DNA of 64,000 nt from Balanoglossus misakiensis (lineage: Eukaryota; Animalia; Hemichordata). The position numbers and the translations under genes were made by a program. A model generated the notes under the pieces. That model was given only the letters and a program-made list of their open reading frames with translations. It was not told the DNA's origin and did no database searches. Below are positions 1 through 13,500 of this stretch, one piece after another. How positions within the stretch are numbered: the first letter of the stretch is position 1; each line of letters starts with the position of its first letter. The stretch covers positions 8,082,059-8,146,058 of the forward strand of contig CM082581.2 in the NCBI GenBank assembly GCA_040954595.2. Reading direction: 5' to 3'.

Positions 1-142
1 CGGGCCCAAGCCTGGCTTGGCTTGGGCCCGTAAAAAACTCCAACGAAACCAATACGGGCCCAAGCCTGGCTTGGCTTGGGCCCGTAAAAATTCCAACAAT
101 ACCAATGGGGGCACAAGCCGCCTGAGGGCGCTTGTGCCCCCA
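1..142. repeat. ~54-bp tandem minisatellite with GC-rich hairpins, truncated by the window edge
   Basis: Two units (1-54, 55-~105) each contain CGGGCCCAAGC..GCTTGGGCCCG. They are followed by a 13-bp stem TGGGGGCACAAGC/GCTTGTGCCCCCA (106-118/130-142). Confidence 0.85.
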
Positions 143-3100
143 ATTACTCAGGCCAAATAGATTGGTATTAACATCCCCCATTCAGCTTCTAAACAGAATG
201 ATCACAAGTTGTACCGTCAACATAACTCCATTAACAAACATTCACAGTTTTTTTTTTACCGCAGCAAATCAAAATTCTGACGCCATGGCATTTTCAGTGT
301 ATCTATACTCGATTAAACAAACAATAAACTTGAATAACAGTCACTCAGAAATACATATTCCGCAGAATCCGCGCGCGCTCACCGGCATATACCCGGCTGT
401 GGGGAGCCCTAATTAGGTACAATTTCAGGCAATTGGGCATTTAAATACTATTTTGTTGCAGGAAAATCGCCGTGATCAGCCGCCTATTGGAAACAATCCC
501 GTTTGATTAATGTATCTTGAAAGCTGAGGAAAATACCGCTTTGACTGCACAATGTGGCAATTATCCTGAATGCAACCGCTGCTTATTTCTGCCGGTGTAA
601 TTTTAAAGTAGCGTTTTGCCATTCCAAAAAGTCCCACGACTCGCGCTAAATATCCCCCATTCACGGCGTTACTTCGTTTCGCCAGTCAGAAAGAGCAGTC
701 AAGCTGCGTAGTTAACAAGATGGCAGAAAAAAAACAGCAGTCAATTTGTCATCTTTTTTTATGACGGGGGATTGTACTCTCAATTTAGTTGTGATTGTGC
801 ACGCAGCGTGGCTTGTTGGGAGAAATCCGTACAATCACCTTTTCCCTCTGCTTTCTTGGTTGGTCTGCAAACGAAGTGTAATTGCCCGGGTTGATTAGAT
901 ATTTGACGCGTCATAATAAATTGTGACATTTTGACGAGCCAGATATGACTTGTCATTATTTTTTTCGGTGGTTGTGCTCATGGAAGTCGGCAGTAAACCC
1001 GATTCTTTTGCCAATTAAGAGAGTATTCGTGAAGTATACAAACAGTTTTGTTGGTGCGAAGACGGGTCCATCCGATCAGAATGGCTGTTGATGACCTAGC
1101 AGACGCGTATTTTCAGAAAGTTATCTGACATCGCTTCGTGCCCACCACACGTTTTCCAAAGACGTAACTGTGAACGCTCATAATTTTTTTCCTGGGGCTA
1201 CTTTTCATACCACGAAGTTTGTCAAAGAAAAATATCGAAATCCAAGTGTGAAAGTCTTGAAAGCTATATACACCAAATCTGCCAACTCTTAGCAAACTGC
1301 GTCGAGGGTGGGCATATTCACTGTAAGATATTTTAGCTCAGCATTCCGCGCTAACTTCCTTGATAAGAAATCAAGGTCCGTTCTTTAAGTTTAAAAATTC
1401 AAATATACAGTCTTACGAAAACACTCTTACTTCGCTGCACATAAACACAGTTCTCCGATAATTATCGGCTTGGCTTTTTCTCTCTGCCCGCTTCACCTTT
1501 TATGCTTTTCCTGAAAGGAATTTTCCTCCAAACAACTGTATTTTATCCACTCGGACAGGCACGGTGAAAGTGTTGCCTTGGCAACACCACACGTGATGAG
1601 CCGCGATTGTTGTCGCCGCGAAGTCGAACAATCTCCCTCCGCAGAGGCGGAAAATACTCGGGCAAAACCGAACTGAGCTCTGAAAGCTCCGCAAATTCCC
1701 CTGATCGGATATAGATGGAGTCCTTCAAGCAGTCACTGAAGGGATTTCTCCGCTCCCCTTTCTTGCGTCTGCATAGATTATTGTTTTGCTTGATGAATGG
1801 CCATTGAGACCCCGCTTCTCAGTCCTGTTAAGTGCGATCGACACCCTCTCAATGGGGGTAATTAAGTACACTGCCAACAACAGAGCCCCCCAAAAGAACC
1901 CTCCGCGTTCAGCTTTCCCCGGGTTACAGCAAATAACCCCCCTAATTAACAAAGTGTTCTCCATGCAGCCCTTTGTTTAACTACAAACTTTTTTAGGGGT
2001 TAGCGCGAGCTGAAACTATAGCGCTTCGCAATCAAGGGCCCATTGTTGGCCAGGTTGAACTTAACACGACGGATTAACGGAGAGTTGTGGCCTTTACAAA
2101 GTCTCCTCACAGGAAGAAAGGTGGGCATAAAAGAGATGGATAGACTTACACTTTGGGGCAATTTGAAGACAAATACGGCAACTTGTTGACAAATTAGACG
2201 CCCTGCAGCAAAACAATCCCTCTGTCTGTCTCTCCCTGTTTATGTCTGAATGTATCTCCACTACTATCTGCATCTTTTCATCTTTCCTGGCCTGTCTCAT
2301 TCCCAACACCGTTTCTCCGTCCCCTGTCAACACAACAGAAAGACAGAAGAAATAATTAAGAATTCGACCGAGAGCGAAGTAATGATATGTTATTTCCATC
2401 TTTAGGTTAAAAAATCGCACACATTGTATAGATGCCTTCAAGTTTCGGATCTGGAACGATGGGATCTTACAAGTGTCTGATTGGACAGATTTTTCTTGAT
2501 CGTCAACATTTTCTCATTGCCCCCCCCCCCCTGACACTCCACTCCCACCAACCCACCAACTGCAATCTGTTTCCATGCCTACTCGTCTATTGTCAACCTG
2601 TCTTGCCCCCGAGGGAATAAAAACAATTCTCACTGGACAGGCAACCGAGGACTGGAACTTAAACTACCCACCAAACTTATTTTTCCTGAAGGAAGAGGCA
2701 ATGGTCGCGGAAAGAGAACAAATAAACAATAACACAAAAACGACCAGAGAGGATGCATGAGCGATCGTATTGTCAATTTTAACTAACAGCCGTAACATGG
2801 ATTAAAACAACGCGAAAAGCTGGGAAGAATTTAAGACTTTATCCGCTGTGAGGCTTTCAATGGATAAGAAAAGGGATCGGATTCCTGTTCAAATTCTTTG
2901 TGCTGATTGACAACAATTATTGTTAGGTTTACATTCATTTATTTTATCTAACCGCCGTAAATTTTTAAGTGGCAAAACATTTATTTCACGAGGGGGCTCC
3001 ATTTCAAGAGTTTGCACACTTTTCGCTCTCAAGTGGTGTTTCTGTGTTGTCGGATGAAGAACTTCTGCCAGATCAGCCGAAGGGACCGAGGAAAGGAGAG

Positions 3101-4601
3101 AAAATCGGCCGCTCTACGGTGACGTTTGTTTGTTTTGCTTTGAGCTGTGTTGTTGTTTTTGATTATTTCGGACTGGTGGCTATCGGGTCAGTAAGTCTCC
3201 GGGACCCACAAAGGACGAGCCTTTTAAGAAGGACGACTGCAAGAATCTGAAAATGAACTGATCCCTAGTTCCCCCGGCTCCGTCTTAATTTGAACAGGCA
3301 ATCTTATTCCACCATAAGCCCATTCGAGGGAGCGCGAAAAACCTACACCTGCTTCTAATGAAATATTGCAGCGGGTTTTTATTACGGCGCCCTCAACATG
3401 CGATTTCGTCACAATCATATGGGGGGGGGGGGGGCTCGGCCTCTCTTTTCTATGTTAGTTGCATGGAGATATTTCATTGTGTTGCTTTGCGGCAACTTGG
3501 TGACTCTTTAACTCGACAGAGATATTTTCTTAGCCTCCTTGTACACATACCGTATATCCGTATATATAATTTGATAACATAATACGTGTAGTATGTTATC
3601 AAGACATTCACATTTACATATCGAAGACGAAGTAACGCCGGCACTGTGCAGAGTCGCATCGTGTTCAGCTTCCTACAGGGCGCCACCAATGTCAGGACTC
3701 ACCTTAACGTTTATTTGGAACTCGGCGATGCTCTGGGTGCCCGACACGTCACGTGAGACTGTGAGGATTTGACTGAGTGGTCTGTAGATGGCGCTACAAG
3801 CACGAAACAGAATGCAAATTTAGGGTATCCATTGACGGTTCAATTTCAATTTCTCCCACAAATCAGAAGATTTTTCCCCAATATATCTTGATCAGCTGCA
3901 GCCGAATATATTTTTCTGTAGTCGGGCTTAAAACATAACATTGTAAAACCGAAGAGAAGAAATGATTTAGTCATGCGCGCAAGTGTCGTGTGTGTGTTTT
4001 GGTTAATGCCTGTGTGTGCTACTCGAGTTTGTCCTGGTCACGTCTTTCATTGTCTGAGCGCAGGAAATGTGTAAAAGCTACATAGTCTAACAAGCATAGT
4101 TACCCAGACACAGGGAAAATTCAGCAGATGAATGAAACTGAGGCGGGGAAAAATGGGAAAATCCAAAGTAAAAGCAAGTTATCGTCTGTTCTGAACAGAC
4201 GGGCCATCGGGGAGAGTTCAAAAGCACTCGACATATTGCCACCCCAAGGGACGAATCATTCTGCTATTTTGTGTCCGTTCAGAACTACCCCGAGAGTTGT
4301 GCCACCTTAATGTGATTTATGCGCTCGTTTAAGTCTTGAAACAGGATAATGGTGCGCGGAATACAGTGAATCGAAAAGTCGTTAATAGGCAAATTCCACG
4401 CGAAATTCGCAAGGGACGATTGAATCTTCACAGCCGAGCAGACGATCCAAAGATTTACAAGGGAAAATAGAGGTTACGTGATTAGAGAAAAATGCTTAGA
4501 TGATGAAGCACTTTACATGCGAGATAATTTTTTTTCCGAAATAGACTCATTCGTTTGACGGAGATTATACGTCTTCTTCCGCGTCTTGATAATCCCAGAT
4601 G

Positions 4602-4614
4602 AGGTCAAAGGTCA
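4602..4614 (+). promoter_or_regulatory. Perfect DR1 nuclear-receptor element AGGTCA-A-AGGTCA
   Basis: Exact consensus direct repeat (COUP-TF/HNF4/RXR type). Function untested; the motif is also common in marine-invertebrate repeats. Confidence 0.4.
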
Positions 4615-5735
4615 AATGAGATACATGTCTCATTTGTCAAACTCTTATAAACTTGACAAAGGGATTTTATTCCCAACATGATGAGATTTCACTTTCTTGG
4701 TTTCTATTTTTCACGCTGATGTGTATGGATCGCTGTTACGTACAATAGGTGAACACACAGGTAGATTTTAAAGGGCACCCACGGGGCAAGAAAGGGCTTG
4801 GACGTGATAAATGGCCTCTTCTTTCTGCGAAAACACTTTATCGAAGGCAATTACTTTGTGACAATTACGTTTACATCCAGCCCCGGCGAGTCATACAGCT
4901 GTTTTGAAATGGCTTGAATTAAGTCGTTCGTTTAATAGACTCTAATCTGAATTGAAGATCTGTAATTGCTATATTGAATATTCGCAGATATCTGTGTGGC
5001 GAATTTGCCCTTTTTTACGGCGGCTCTAGTGTCGCATAGCGTATCACGTTTTGCAATCGATACATTCTTGAAGAGTTAATCCGCTGTCGTAAAACAGTCA
5101 GAATCGATGCTATTACGGTTCTAGTCTGACTCCTGGGGCCGACAACCTTTGTGGATGTCAGATCGTCTGCCCCCTCCCCCCTCTCCTCCCCGGATACTGA
5201 CAACACATTTATGCGTGGGAACATTTCTGGAAATGAAAGGGGAGATCGTCACATCAGACTGGAATGGAAATCACTCTCATGCCGGCTAAACTTTATCAAG
5301 AACTTTTTAAGTCACTTTGTGCCAAACGTTGGTAATTTTTTAAATGTATAAAATACGCCACAGCGGAGGATATGCATTGCAGTGCATAGATGAAACCATG
5401 TTTACAGTTCCTATATGCACCGCGTTAAACTTTTTTTGTGTGCATTCGCATGACGGTGGCCATATTTGAGTGGGACATCCATTTATTATCTTTTTTTTCA
5501 AAGTTGCATATTGGATCACAGTTGGTTCTGATAATTATAGCATTACGCCCGCAATAAATGCATTTTACATTAACGCATTTTAGTTCGGAGGTAAAAGCCA
5601 TGAAAATAATACAAAGGTCTAGGCTCGTGGGCCTTTAATATCACACATACGGATCTAGCTCCGTAGTCTGCCCCGCGCGGACGGAGAAAGCGAGGAATAT
5701 TCACTTGACGAATACAGAACTAATAAAAATTCTCG

Positions 5736-5864
5736 TCCCATCCGTGCATTCAAACAGGAATTAAATACCTATCAGTCGTCAAATGAAAAAGTCGTCTGTC
5801 GTTGATTGGTGATCAAACGAGCGATAAACATATCGTCTTGTTCTTTCATTTTCGCCATTCGCCG
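5736..5864 (+). repeat. Duplicated non-coding block D (direct copy at 45191-45322)
   Basis: Shared TGCATTCAAACA..ATTAAA, an identical 28-mer TGATTGGTGATCAAACGAGCGATAAACA, and TTTTCGCC..TCGCCG. Confidence 0.85.
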
Positions 5865-7097
5865 TATCTTCTGTAATATCCAGCCGTCTTAGCAACGTGT
5901 TTCTACGCGGCGTCAGAAGCAATTAGAGCCACTTTACTCTGATTATTTTGGACGTTTTCCAATAATTGTCAGCGATTTTATGTGACAGTTAAAATCTTCA
6001 TCCGTCTCCATGTCATTGCTATGTCAACAACACATTGTGCGTCTAATCCGCGCCGATTGCGCAGTTATGATCCGTGTTTGGGAGAATGCTTAGCGGACTG
6101 ATGAAGAGCGAAATTAAAGGAATCTGATGTCGGGGAGAGGAAATCTTCGGAACCGTTGGATGGTTGGTCGATGGGTGGATGAACGTGTAGTGTATATGTG
6201 TTGATAAGAAGGTTTGACAGTGGAGGGCTCGGTGGATGCGTGGATGGATGGTCAGAGGTGACATACTGACTGGTACTGGTATTACCAGGTTGGCATGTTC
6301 ACGCCTTCGCCCGCAAGGTCTTGCTCTTCGAAAAATAGACGAAATCGTTAGGGAGACTGTGGTCGAGCAAATTCAGGGATGATGAGATGGTATGGGTGGG
6401 ATGGAAGGAGGCAGATTGGTTGGAGGATGGTGGATTGGAGCGAGCGTGCGTGCGTGGGAGGATTAAAGTGAATGGGGTTCAGACATTTGGTCGTCAGTTA
6501 AGAGAGCTTAGCGTGCTTCGTTAGAGAATAGTGGGAAGTGAGATATCTCTTCTCACGTGATCCAAGCCACAGGTCACAGAAGCAACTGTAAAAGTTTATC
6601 ACTTGCAGTTCATTAATAAATACTAAAGTTTTTCTTTTACGTTCATGAACTCGCTTTGGTACCGTGGTGACAAAGAGACGAACCGATAGATAAGAAAGAT
6701 TTTTCAACCGATCGTGTGACCTTTTTAGTACAGCGGCCACAATGCAATATTCAGTATGTGACGGATATATCTCTTTAGAAGTGAATAAAATTGTTTGATA
6801 ACGTGATTTATAATCCATAAGACGTTGATCAAAAATGAACCGATAGATAGCAGTTCTGATATATTTATGTGATGTCATGCGCTTCTCAAACTTTCCATTG
6901 TGCCCGGGTCTCAGGAGATGAAAGAACATATCCATAGTTGTATACTAAGCTCTGAAGCGAACCACTCTGAATGGCACAAAATAATCGTCTTTTTTGCTAA
7001 AGGATACTTTATCGCTAACATATCAGCAAACATCCGCTCCTGAATTGATACCCCACTTCGGTTTCCATGCCGACGGAAAATACCGGCAAAGCAATAC

Positions 7098-7435
7098 TTC
7101 GTGGATTTGTTAAATAATCTGCGCTCGTTATCGGAGTCATTTAATTTGTTGTCAATTGTAAATCATTGACAGTAACGATTCGTATGCGTGCCATGAAATC
7201 TCATTACCGCTGCACCGTGAAACCGTCTCAATTTTTATGACAAATGGAGAGGAGAATAATTATCATAGAAATAATGTCGGCCGTCCCCCGATGCGACTGA
7301 TAAGCAGGGAAACTAAGGGCGACACGCGTTTGTAATAAACACGTCAGAATGGCGCAGATAAGGAGATAAGAGAATTGATTTGTTTTCAAGTTATTACTGA
7401 TATGGTTTTATTAGGAATATGAAAAGAACACGCGG
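7098..7435 (+). repeat. Duplicated non-coding block A (inverted copy at 43674-44024; diverged partial copy at 44488-44666)
   Basis: Long identical tracts, e.g. ATGCGTGCCATGAAATCTCATTACCGCTGCACCGTGAAACCGTCTCAATTTTTATG and AGAATTGATTTGTTTTCAAGTTATTACTGATATGGTTTTAT, are exact reverse complements of sequence at 43.7-43.95 kb. Confidence 0.95.
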
Positions 7436-10400
7436 TGGTGACGCGGAGAGTTTGATCAGAGAGCGCCCTTCCACGAATTTATCACATAGGTCAACTTGAA
7501 CACGGGTTTGATACGATCACAAAGAGAATACATACATCACTGAACTGAATTACAATTAAATTAATTTCAGCTTAGAAACCGTGGAAAACTATCCGGTTTT
7601 ATTTAATTTTAGACAAGCGAATGACGCTGCTGTTTTCTACAGCTAATTTTGTTCAACCCGGCTTTCAGCTCACAGACTGCCTTTCATTTTAATGCATATA
7701 CCAAAAATAAACTCGAATGTGGCAAAATTTCATATTCCCGTTATTATAATTTAAGATATTATTAGCTTTCGCTTCTCCGCTATTTTTGTCGATCGCATGG
7801 ACCGGGGTTTTTTTCCATTCACGATAATTTTGTAATACTTTTTATTGAGTTGTTTTGTGTTTTCGGGCCAAAAGTCTGACATTGTTATTCAGCGGTTGCT
7901 GCTAAATGATTTTTTTAGTAGGATAGTTTCGCACTCCATGGCAATTATTATATTTGTACTGAAATGACAAAACTATAAGTTGTGCATTTTCATTTATTGA
8001 GCTGGGGAAAACAGAATTTGTCAGAATTTATTCATACTCAATCTATTTTCGTCAGCTGATTTTAACACGGTAGTAGAGACTTTTCACACTAATATGGGTT
8101 GATGCGACAGAGTCCGCACCAGCCGATTGGCGGCCTCTGACACTGAAAATGCGTGACGTCACCGTTGGACGCTCGAAGTATATGCACCGCGGCGAGGGGG
8201 GGGGGGAGGGTATGGCTGCACTTCAACCCTAGATAGATAGCAGATAGCAGATATAGTTGGTCTCGATTAAAAATTGATGCGTTTCCCCCTTCAAAATATG
8301 CGTGTCCTGCATCACGGCCCTTACAAGTACGTGCGTCCAGTGCAAGCTGTGTTGGTTGGCATTTCGAGTAGCGCCCCCTATGAAAGCCTTATACGCATGG
8401 CGGACGGCGGAAAGAAAACTTAATACGGGTCACCTTTAGTCGCCAACGAGCCGAAAGACGTCGCTTAAGGAAAGTGGTTTGGCATTGTTTTATTTTAGCG
8501 ACTTCCGAAATGAAAGCGGAAAGAATTGCTTTTAATTTTGACTTGTTTTTCAAGCATTTACTTTGATATGGGACATTTTGTCAAAACGCAATCCAAAGTT
8601 AATCCAATAATAAATAAGTTATTTTATTTTCTTGTTTTGAATTCCGTCCACGTCAATGAGGTCAGTGTATCTTTAGCCGTTGGAGTATGCAACAGAAATA
8701 GTTTTGTTGGTTCTCGCTGGTACAGGACGCCCATTGTTCGACAACATGGTACACTCCATCGCACCCACCTGCCGCGGCTCAACGATTGCTGACTGCAGTG
8801 AAAGGATATGTCCGCATAAACCTTTTTTTACGTTCGCAAGTTGCGGTCCCTTTCTCAGTGTGTTGTTGGTGCGATTTGAATCGAGGTGAATGTGTGTGTC
8901 TCTTTTTGTCTGGGATTTTTTGCGTTAATTCTGCAACTTCGGTTCACGTTCGCGCTCCACAATGCAAAAATGAGTTGCTCACTCTCAGACCACGGGCTCT
9001 AGTGTGTTTGACACCCGGGGCTGGACAGCCTCGCTCGCTATACTCTAACGCTCATAAGTTAGGCGGGGGGGGGGGGGCGGAAGGTACGGCACTGTTCACA
9101 AAGTTCATGCACGTATAGAGCAGCCTGTGTCAGGGCTCTGCCTGCCCACAGTCGCTCTACTACACAGAGCATGGCCCACCAAGAAAAGGGGACTGCGCAT
9201 AGAGGAACTGTGGCATGCCGACCGCTGAAGCATCCTCGTTCAAGACACCATTCTCTCCGATTCTCGCCCTGACACAAAAGAAAGTTCATTACTGGTGGAG
9301 TAACATCTACCACCCGGCTCGACACTTCAAACGAGGCCGCTATCAAAACTTTGTTTTGTATATCAGCGAGCCGTATGATTTGTATGCATAGTTCGATCCC
9401 TGGCCTTCAGACACTACGTACGTGCAATTAACTTCTAATTGATTTCACGGTCGTAAAAATTACCAGCTTAAGTTTCAGAGAAAATGGCGGGCGACGCCAG
9501 GATAAGGACGCTGAAATAAGCAACTGTTACGGCCCGACTGATGGGTTTTACAGTGACCGGGACCATGTGTACATTTTAAACCGTGGAGTGAATATTGATG
9601 AGCTCCCTGTTGCAAACAACGATGATGGATAGACCGGCAGGCCACTTCAAAACGTTAAATACTGAATTCGTGCTCATAGACTGTGAATTCTGACACATTT
9701 CGTTCGCTCAGGTAGCCATTACAGACGCTCTGGTGTACGGTAGGCTATCGTCCACATACCGTGACAATAAAAACTACTCCTCCTATATTTTGTTTGAAGG
9801 TCGAGCGTATTGTCATCGGTGTCTCTGTCGACCGTTGAGAAATGGCCCGATATCTCCGCCCTCGGATCCCTCTTCTTTACCGAAGACAGACAGGTTATGA
9901 CTTTTAAAATAAATACGCGCTATGATGCTTACTTGTAAACAACAAATGTTTATTTCTATGCCGCCGAAAGGTGTTTTGGATGTCGGTCATATCTAACTAG
10001 TAATTTCAAATCGTGGAGAAATGTGTGTAGGGGGGAGGGGGGGGGCTGTCCCGATTTTAATGTAGGCGTCATGAAAACGACGATGAAAAATTTCAGACTT
10101 ATTTTGAATAAAAACGGAGTCCCTGAGAATCTCAGCCGACTCTGGCGCGGCTACTGCGAATTAGTTTTGATGCGGGAAACATGATCAACACAAGTTTTGA
10201 AGGAAAAACCTTTTAGGCAGGACCTGTTTGGGCTCAGATGTGCAAATTTCTCCTCGATTGGCGGTCGATTGTCAAATATCCCGATGTAAACAACGGACTT
10301 ATGTTGGATTGCATTTCAAAATAGTAAACCTAAGGTTACTTGGGTTGGAGTAACAACTTCAGCAAGGAATCTGGGGAAATATGCTGCCAAGGAAAACATT

Positions 10401-10482
10401 TATACAATTAACAGTAAATTGGAGCAACTCTGCAAAGACATGACTCTTGATTGACATCTCGATATGCACAGATGCACTAACT

Positions 10483-10538
10483 TCTCTCTCCTTTCTCTCT
10501 CTCTCTCTAGCCCTCTCTCTCTCTCTCAGTCTCTCTCT
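10483..10538. repeat. (CT)n microsatellite, interrupted
   Basis: Direct reading. Confidence 0.9.
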
Positions 10539-13500
10539 GAACATTTTTTCACAAACTATTATCTCTAAACATAATCAACAACTGTCTGTGTGTCTGTCTT
10601 TCATCTATCGAGATATGCAGCATTTGAAAAACATATTTGTGGGTTTGTGACAACTTTCGTGTAGAAATGACGAACTCAGTCTAAGATCGGTAAAAGACGA
10701 TCAGCTGAGCCAAGCCCTTCGAAGTTTTTTGTAAAACCAACAAATGAAAAACAGCCAATCCACGAACGTATGAATCCGAAGTTTCTAGTGAAACCTTGTA
10801 CCGAGGAGATTTCAGAATCATCACAGACTCGCGAAGAATTCGGCAGAGAATATTCACGGCGTCAGTAGTGTTTAGAACACGACAGCATACAGCCCGGGGC
10901 GACCTCTGCTCGGAACACCAACAGCGGTAGCCACTCTACGGTTACAGCGAGTGGACAATATCATCGACTCGCCACCGGGCGTCATGATAAACTCAGAAAC
11001 CGATATGACCACTTAAGACCCCGTGATTAAGGCAACAAATGTGACGGTCGGTATATAGCCACCACTTTTTTGGGGGGGGGGGGGGTACACGCTTGTTTCT
11101 TCTCCTCTCTCGGATGTCTCTACTCTAGACTATGGGCGAAGTGAGTCGGGCGCTGCTTGTTGTGTCTCCCACGCACGCATTTATGTACACCCAATAAAAT
11201 ACAATATACACAGTTTAAAACAACTTCAGAGACCCCAATCTACGGGGATTCGACGATTCCAACCCGGCATGCAAGCTTTGTCTGCAGCGATCTGTACAGA
11301 GGAGACGCGTCCGTAGGCAAGGTTACATTCCCTGGAAGAATTGCCGTCATTGGCCTATTTGATGAAGAAATGTTTTGCATCATAAACAACGGATGCCAAG
11401 ACGCGAGGCAACAAGGAGCGTTCCGAAATTCGCTGGTGATCGTCGACGGATATTGGAAACCGTTTGGCTTCCTTGGTAACGCGTTTAAATAAATTGTGAT
11501 TGTAGGAACCGGCAAACCGTTCAAGTGGGGGATCGGATTATTAGAAAGCCGATAGGTCAATTTGACTCTGTATTAGATTCTCACGTTGTTTGGGTGCCGA
11601 TTGATCAAGAAGGGAGCCCTTATCTCTTCCCTGCCGTCATAATACTCCACACCCTGGTCTGCGCGCCGTCTCCCGGTTTTTCTCCAATTCCGACGTGACA
11701 ACGCCTGTCCCTGATTAGTTACACGGAGAATCCTACCACTGGTTGCCTTTCCGCCCTTGTCTATTTCTCAGTGTATTTTTTTCAATTTCATATGTCCCAT
11801 GTACTGTGTACATGATGATGTCTCTTTCTACGTCATGGTCTCACCATCATGTGCTTATGTGTGTGTATCGGCCCGCCCGCCGCCTGTCTCTTTGCCCTTT
11901 CGGGACTCTGTCATTCATAGGAACGATTAGCAATATATATAGCAAGTAATATTACATCGCTGAACGCAAAGGAAAAAAATTAAACGATCTATTTAAGCGC
12001 GTATCGGTTAATCAAATTATCTAATCATTCTCCATTACAGAACTATCAAAATTGATTGTGAACGATATTGAACTAACTGTTGTATAGTGTTCCTTTAGCT
12101 GTCAGATCAGTGGAATTCATAACAGCATACATGTAGACATCGCAGCGACAATCTTTCGTTCACGTGACTTGGGTACGCAATTTCGTAAATCAGCTTTGGG
12201 AACTTGAACACATTCATCTATGATGACGTCGAGTTCCGCGACAGCCATATTATACAACACATCCCACAATGCAATTCGACTTTTACTGATACATTTCTTG
12301 TATACTTGGTGCAATATCGGGCGGATTCATTTATGAGTACAATGCGCACGAGTTGTCCCTAGTTTTAAACTCGCACCATCAATAATAATGCACAAAGACA
12401 GACAGTCTTTTTTCGTTTTGCCTATTCTCGGACACTGACGCGAATCTGCCTGACTTGGCGCTGAAACCCAATACCCAGAACCGGCTGCAGACGTCGGCTG
12501 CACGGGACAGGATCAGTCGAGTCCACTTGTACAGTAGACCCTTGCCGCTAATTGACTCCAATAATTGTAGGGACACTCGGAAATATCGAAAAGCAATTAA
12601 ACTTCATCAAACGGCGATCGAAACCAGCAATTTGCCGCAAAATTTCATCCGCCCACTTTAATTTGATCAAATTAAATACACCCGTCTTCCTCTATGCTTT
12701 TATTTTCCTGCAGTCCAATCTAATCAGCCCAATCGACCATTCAATGGTGTCCTCATTTACATAAACCATTACCGGAACAAAGTGGTCGGCAGTACTTGCT
12801 TTTGCGCGGGTTTCCCTGTCGGTCCCATACAACGGCGCCAAGCCGGAGCCAGAAAGTTGGTCAGTGGGTTCCCTGTGCCGCTCCACCGGCCCGGTGATTG
12901 TACTTAAACGAACCCTGAAAGCTCGATTTAAATTCCACCATTTTAAATGTAAAACGCTTGTATTTGTTTTCCATTCTCTGATCGCTAGGTCAAAGTAGCC
13001 GACACCGTCCGAAGTAAAGACGCACAGGTGAAATCAGGCGGAAGGACGATGGAGATTGGCTGCTTTTATCGTTACGTTTCATGATAAACTGTTCTTATAG
13101 TTTACAATAATCCAAATTTGAAAATGCATGTATCCGAAAGTACTTTTTCCGGAGGCGCTCAAAGCTTGCTCAGAAGTGCGGACCTATTGAGTAGGGTAAC
13201 TGAAAATTTCTGAGATGAACTTTGGTCAACTACTTCCGTTTCGTCGTAAACATTTCATTCATTCTTTCAATGGTTCATTCATTCTACTTTATTTATGCTG
13301 TTCTGACCGGAATACCCATCAAATTTACGCTTTTTTGTTCCAAATTACTTATTATTCTTATCTTAGTATACAACCGTACGGTATTCCACCAGCATAGTGT
13401 GCCGTTTTGGGGACGACAAAAAATGGCGCCGAGCAAAATTATAACAAAGGTCAAACGGGGAACAGATTCCGACAAAGCATGTTTTATTTTAGTTTATGAT

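Noticed and set aside
1-142. Palindromic repeat-spacer pattern resembling a CRISPR array
   Set aside because: The intervening segments are near-identical to each other, the context is eukaryotic and there are no cas genes.
9215-9391. 58-aa ORF with KTPFSPILALTQKKVHYWWSN, faintly echoing homeodomain motifs
   Set aside because: Spacing is incompatible with a 60-aa homeodomain, WFQNRR is absent and there is no DNA-level similarity to Msx; most likely chance. A Pfam Homeodomain HMM scan would settle it.
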